A stretch of DNA of 54,963 bases from Clostridia bacterium (lineage in GTDB: Bacteria > Bacillota > Dehalobacteriia > UBA7702): NCBI GenBank assembly GCA_051866595.1, contig JBJDXI010000061.1:1-54963 (forward strand). Reading direction: 5' to 3'. Positions 53,026 to 54,963 of the stretch are shown in pieces. Both the position numbers and the translations under genes were made by a program. Under the pieces are notes generated by a model. It saw nothing but the letters and a program-made list of their open reading frames with translations. It ran no database searches and had not been told where the DNA came from. Numbering within the stretch: the stretch's first letter is position 1; each line of letters starts with the position of its first letter.

Positions 53026-54519
53026 TCATTCAGCCCGAAGCGCTTTTAATAACGCCGCCGCCATGATAAAACAAATAAAAATCATGGGGAACGCTGAAAG
53101 AATAGCAGCGGATTGCAGCGCCGTCAGACCGCCGGCAAAGAGAAGTACCGCCGCGACCAGACCTTCGGAAACACCCCAGAAAATTTTCAGGGAATTGGGC
53201 GGATTCTGTACGCCTTTGGCGGTCATCATCGCGCAGACAAAAGTAGAAGAATTGGCGGAAGTAATGAAAAAGACAGAAATCAGAATCACGGCGATAAACG
53301 AGGTCAGCTTAGCCAGGGAAAACTGTTCCAGCAGCGCGAAAAGAGCGTAAGAAATATTTTCACTCATAGCGTCACCGATGGCTGTGACACCGGACATATC
53401 CAGATAAATAGCGTTCCCGCCCATAATGGAAATGAAAAGAACACTTAAAAACATGGGACAAATCAACGCGCCTAAAATAAACTCACGAATCGTGCGGCCT
53501 TTGGAAATACGGGCGATAAAACCGCCGACAAAAGGACCCCAGGAAATCCACCAGGCCCAGTAAAAAATGGTCCAGCCATTGATCCAGCCGCCGCTCTCCC
53601 CAAAGGGATCCGTCCAGAAGCTGGAGGAAATCAGATGCGTAACATACTGTCCGAAAGAATCCACTATAAAATTCAGAATGAAAATCACGGGGCCGGAAAA
53701 GAAAATAAACAGAAGCAAAACCGCCATAATTGCCATATTGATATTGCTTAAGGTTTTGATCCCCTTCTCAATCCCGCTGACAGAGGAAGCCACAAACAAT
53801 ACAGTGGCAACGGCGATGATCCCGAACAAAACAACATTGGTATAGGGGATTCCGAAAGCATAAAAGAGACCGCTGTTAATCTGCATAGCGCCTAAACCCA
53901 AAGAAGTCGCGACCCCGAAAACAGTGGCGAATACCGCCAGAACATCAATAATACTGCCCCAAACACCTTGGGAACGTTTCTCTCCGATCACCGGTGAAAC
54001 ACAGCTGCTCAAAAGGGCGGGCTTGCCTTTGCGGAACTGAAAATAGGCCAGGGGCAGGCCGATAATACCATAGCATGCCCAGGGATGAATACCCCAATGC
54101 ATAAAAGAATAGCGCATGGCCAAAGTGGCGGATTCCGCCGTACTGCCGTCGCCATAAGGCGGATTCAGATAATGACTCATCGGTTCCGCCACACTCCAGA
54201 ACACAAGACCGATCCCCATACCGGCAGCAAAGAGCATAAAGAACCAGCTGAGCGTCGAATATTCCGGCCGATCTCCGTCTTTACCCAGACAGATCTTTCC
54301 GTATTTACTGAAAGCGATACAAACAAGGAATCCGATGAAAAAGACAACCGATAAAAGATAGAACCATCCGAAATCCGAGCAAAAAACAGAAAGCAGCCAG
54401 GAAAAAACATCTTCGGCACGGCGAGGTGCCACCGCGGCGAAAAGAACAAAAACCAGACAAAGAAAACCGCCGATATAGAATACCCTTTTATCTATTTTTT
54501 CATGGAATTTTTCAAGCAT
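53026..54519 (-). CDS. BCCT-family betaine/carnitine/choline transporter
   Basis: BCCT signature WTIFYWAWWISWGPFVGGFIARISKGRTIREF. AGGAGA RBS. Confidence 0.9.
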   Translation of the reverse strand: MLEKFHEKIDKRVFYIGGFLCLVFVLFAAVAPRRAEDVFSWLLSVFCSDFGWFYLLSVVFFIGFLVCIAFSKYGKICLGKDGDRPEYSTLSWFFMLFAAGMGIGLVFWSVAEPMSHYLNPPYGDGSTAESATLAMRYSFMHWGIHPWACYGIIGLPLAYFQFRKGKPALLSSCVSPVIGEKRSQGVWGSIIDVLAVFATVFGVATSLGLGAMQINSGLFYAFGIPYTNVVLFGIIAVATVLFVASSVSGIEKGIKTLSNINMAIMAVLLLFIFFSGPVIFILNFIVDSFGQYVTHLISSSFWTDPFGESGGWINGWTIFYWAWWISWGPFVGGFIARISKGRTIREFILGALICPMFLSVLFISIMGGNAIYLDMSGVTAIGDAMSENISYALFALLEQFSLAKLTSFIAVILISVFFITSANSSTFVCAMMTAKGVQNPPNSLKIFWGVSEGLVAAVLLFAGGLTALQSAAILSAFPMIFICFIMAAALLKALRAE

Positions 54520-54537
54520 CGTTTCTTTCTCCTAAGC

Positions 54538-54572
54538 GTCAGAGCGGTGAGGTCTCTCCGCACCGCTCTGAC
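54538..54572 (-). other. Perfect 12 bp hairpin without a U-tract, between the MttB-family gene and the BCCT gene
   Basis: GTCAGAGCGGTG, an 11 nt loop, then CACCGCTCTGAC. It lies about 18 nt upstream of the BCCT RBS. Confidence 0.5.
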
Positions 54573-54608
54573 CCGTTGCAACATCTGCTATATTCAGGAA
54601 AGGATTTT

Positions 54609-54963
54609 TTATTTCGATAATTCGCCGGTTCTTTTCGCGATAAAGGCACAAAGTTCTTTATCCAGTGCTTCGTCAATGGCGGGAGCTTCGTAGGAAGCAA
54701 GGAGGCTCTGCCATTTTTCGTTAGCGACTTCCGCAACGGTCTTGCGGCCTTTGGCGTCCCAATCCTGCCAGTTGCCGCGGTCGGATACATATACATCACG
54801 CTGTTCTTCGCGGCACATGGAGAAGGTGGAAGGCTGATAGAGAAAGTGTCCGCCGGGGCCCACCTGTTTGATGTCATCCATGAGGAATTTTTCTTCGGAG
54901 AAGTCGAAACCTTTGAGGAATTTATTGACAAGACCGGCGATTTCATCGTCGATGATGAATTTT
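54609..54963 (-). CDS. MttB-superfamily methyltransferase, C-terminal fragment (the gene continues beyond the window)
   Basis: The frame stays open to the window edge. Translation reads KFIIDDEIAGLVNKFLKGFDFSEEKFLMDDIKQVGPGGHFLYQPSTF..., which is typical of the C-terminus of trimethylamine/glycine-betaine methyltransferase family proteins. No in-frame stop occurs in the visible part. Confidence 0.8.
   Translation of the reverse strand, partial: KFIIDDEIAGLVNKFLKGFDFSEEKFLMDDIKQVGPGGHFLYQPSTFSMCREEQRDVYVSDRGNWQDWDAKGRKTVAEVANEKWQSLLASYEAPAIDEALDKELCAFIAKRTGELSK

Noticed and set aside
1-54963. Mobile element, prophage, CRISPR-Cas, toxin-antitoxin pair, or tRNA/rRNA content.
   Set aside because: No ORF has integrase, transposase, recombinase, Cas, capsid or terminase-like motifs. 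I found no terminal inverted or direct repeats flanking a gene block, and no tRNA-like T-arm motif (GGTTCGAATCC-type) when reading the intergenic regions.

Overview
The window looks like a chromosomal segment of an anaerobic, spore-forming Firmicute (class Clostridia). This is inferred from gene content: spoVT, the [FeFe]-hydrogenase maturases hydG/hydF, many SLH-anchored exoproteins, and an arginine deiminase cluster. I count about 45 protein-coding genes, most on the minus strand. I found no rRNA, tRNA, CRISPR array, transposase or integrase.

Gene order from left to right:
- two overlapping cobalamin-type radical SAM genes
- a vWA-SLH exoprotein
- an orphan promoter driving a small structured RNA
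- htpG with a perfect CIRCE operator
- an SLH/Big_2 exoprotein
- a TM1266-like regulator with hydG and hydF, behind a structured leader
- a divergent pair of MerR and WYL regulators
- a cupin gene
- a tightly coupled vWA(DUF2201-like)/cytoplasmic LRR/MoxR-AAA+ operon
- a four-gene SGNH/DUF4358-like/MBOAT/DHHW O-acylation module
- an SLH-anchored DD-carboxypeptidase
- arcA-arcB and a YfcC-family transporter
- an SLH-anchored S8 protease followed by a roughly 140 nt extended hairpin
- xpt plus a BMP-family nucleoside-type ABC importer whose ATPase and first permease are fused
- a manA-like gene
- a seven-gene pstSCAB-phoU-phoPR operon with Pho-box-like repeats
- LCP, spoVT, XRE-membrane, MFS, CarD-like, rpoN and BCCT genes
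- the 3' end of an MttB-family methyltransferase gene that runs off the right edge

The best candidate for an uncharacterised system is the vWA-LRR-MoxR trio at 15.7-19.6 kb. The radical SAM pair, the orphan sRNA and the hyd leader are secondary candidates. Every functional call rests on motifs I can read in the translations. No database search was run.
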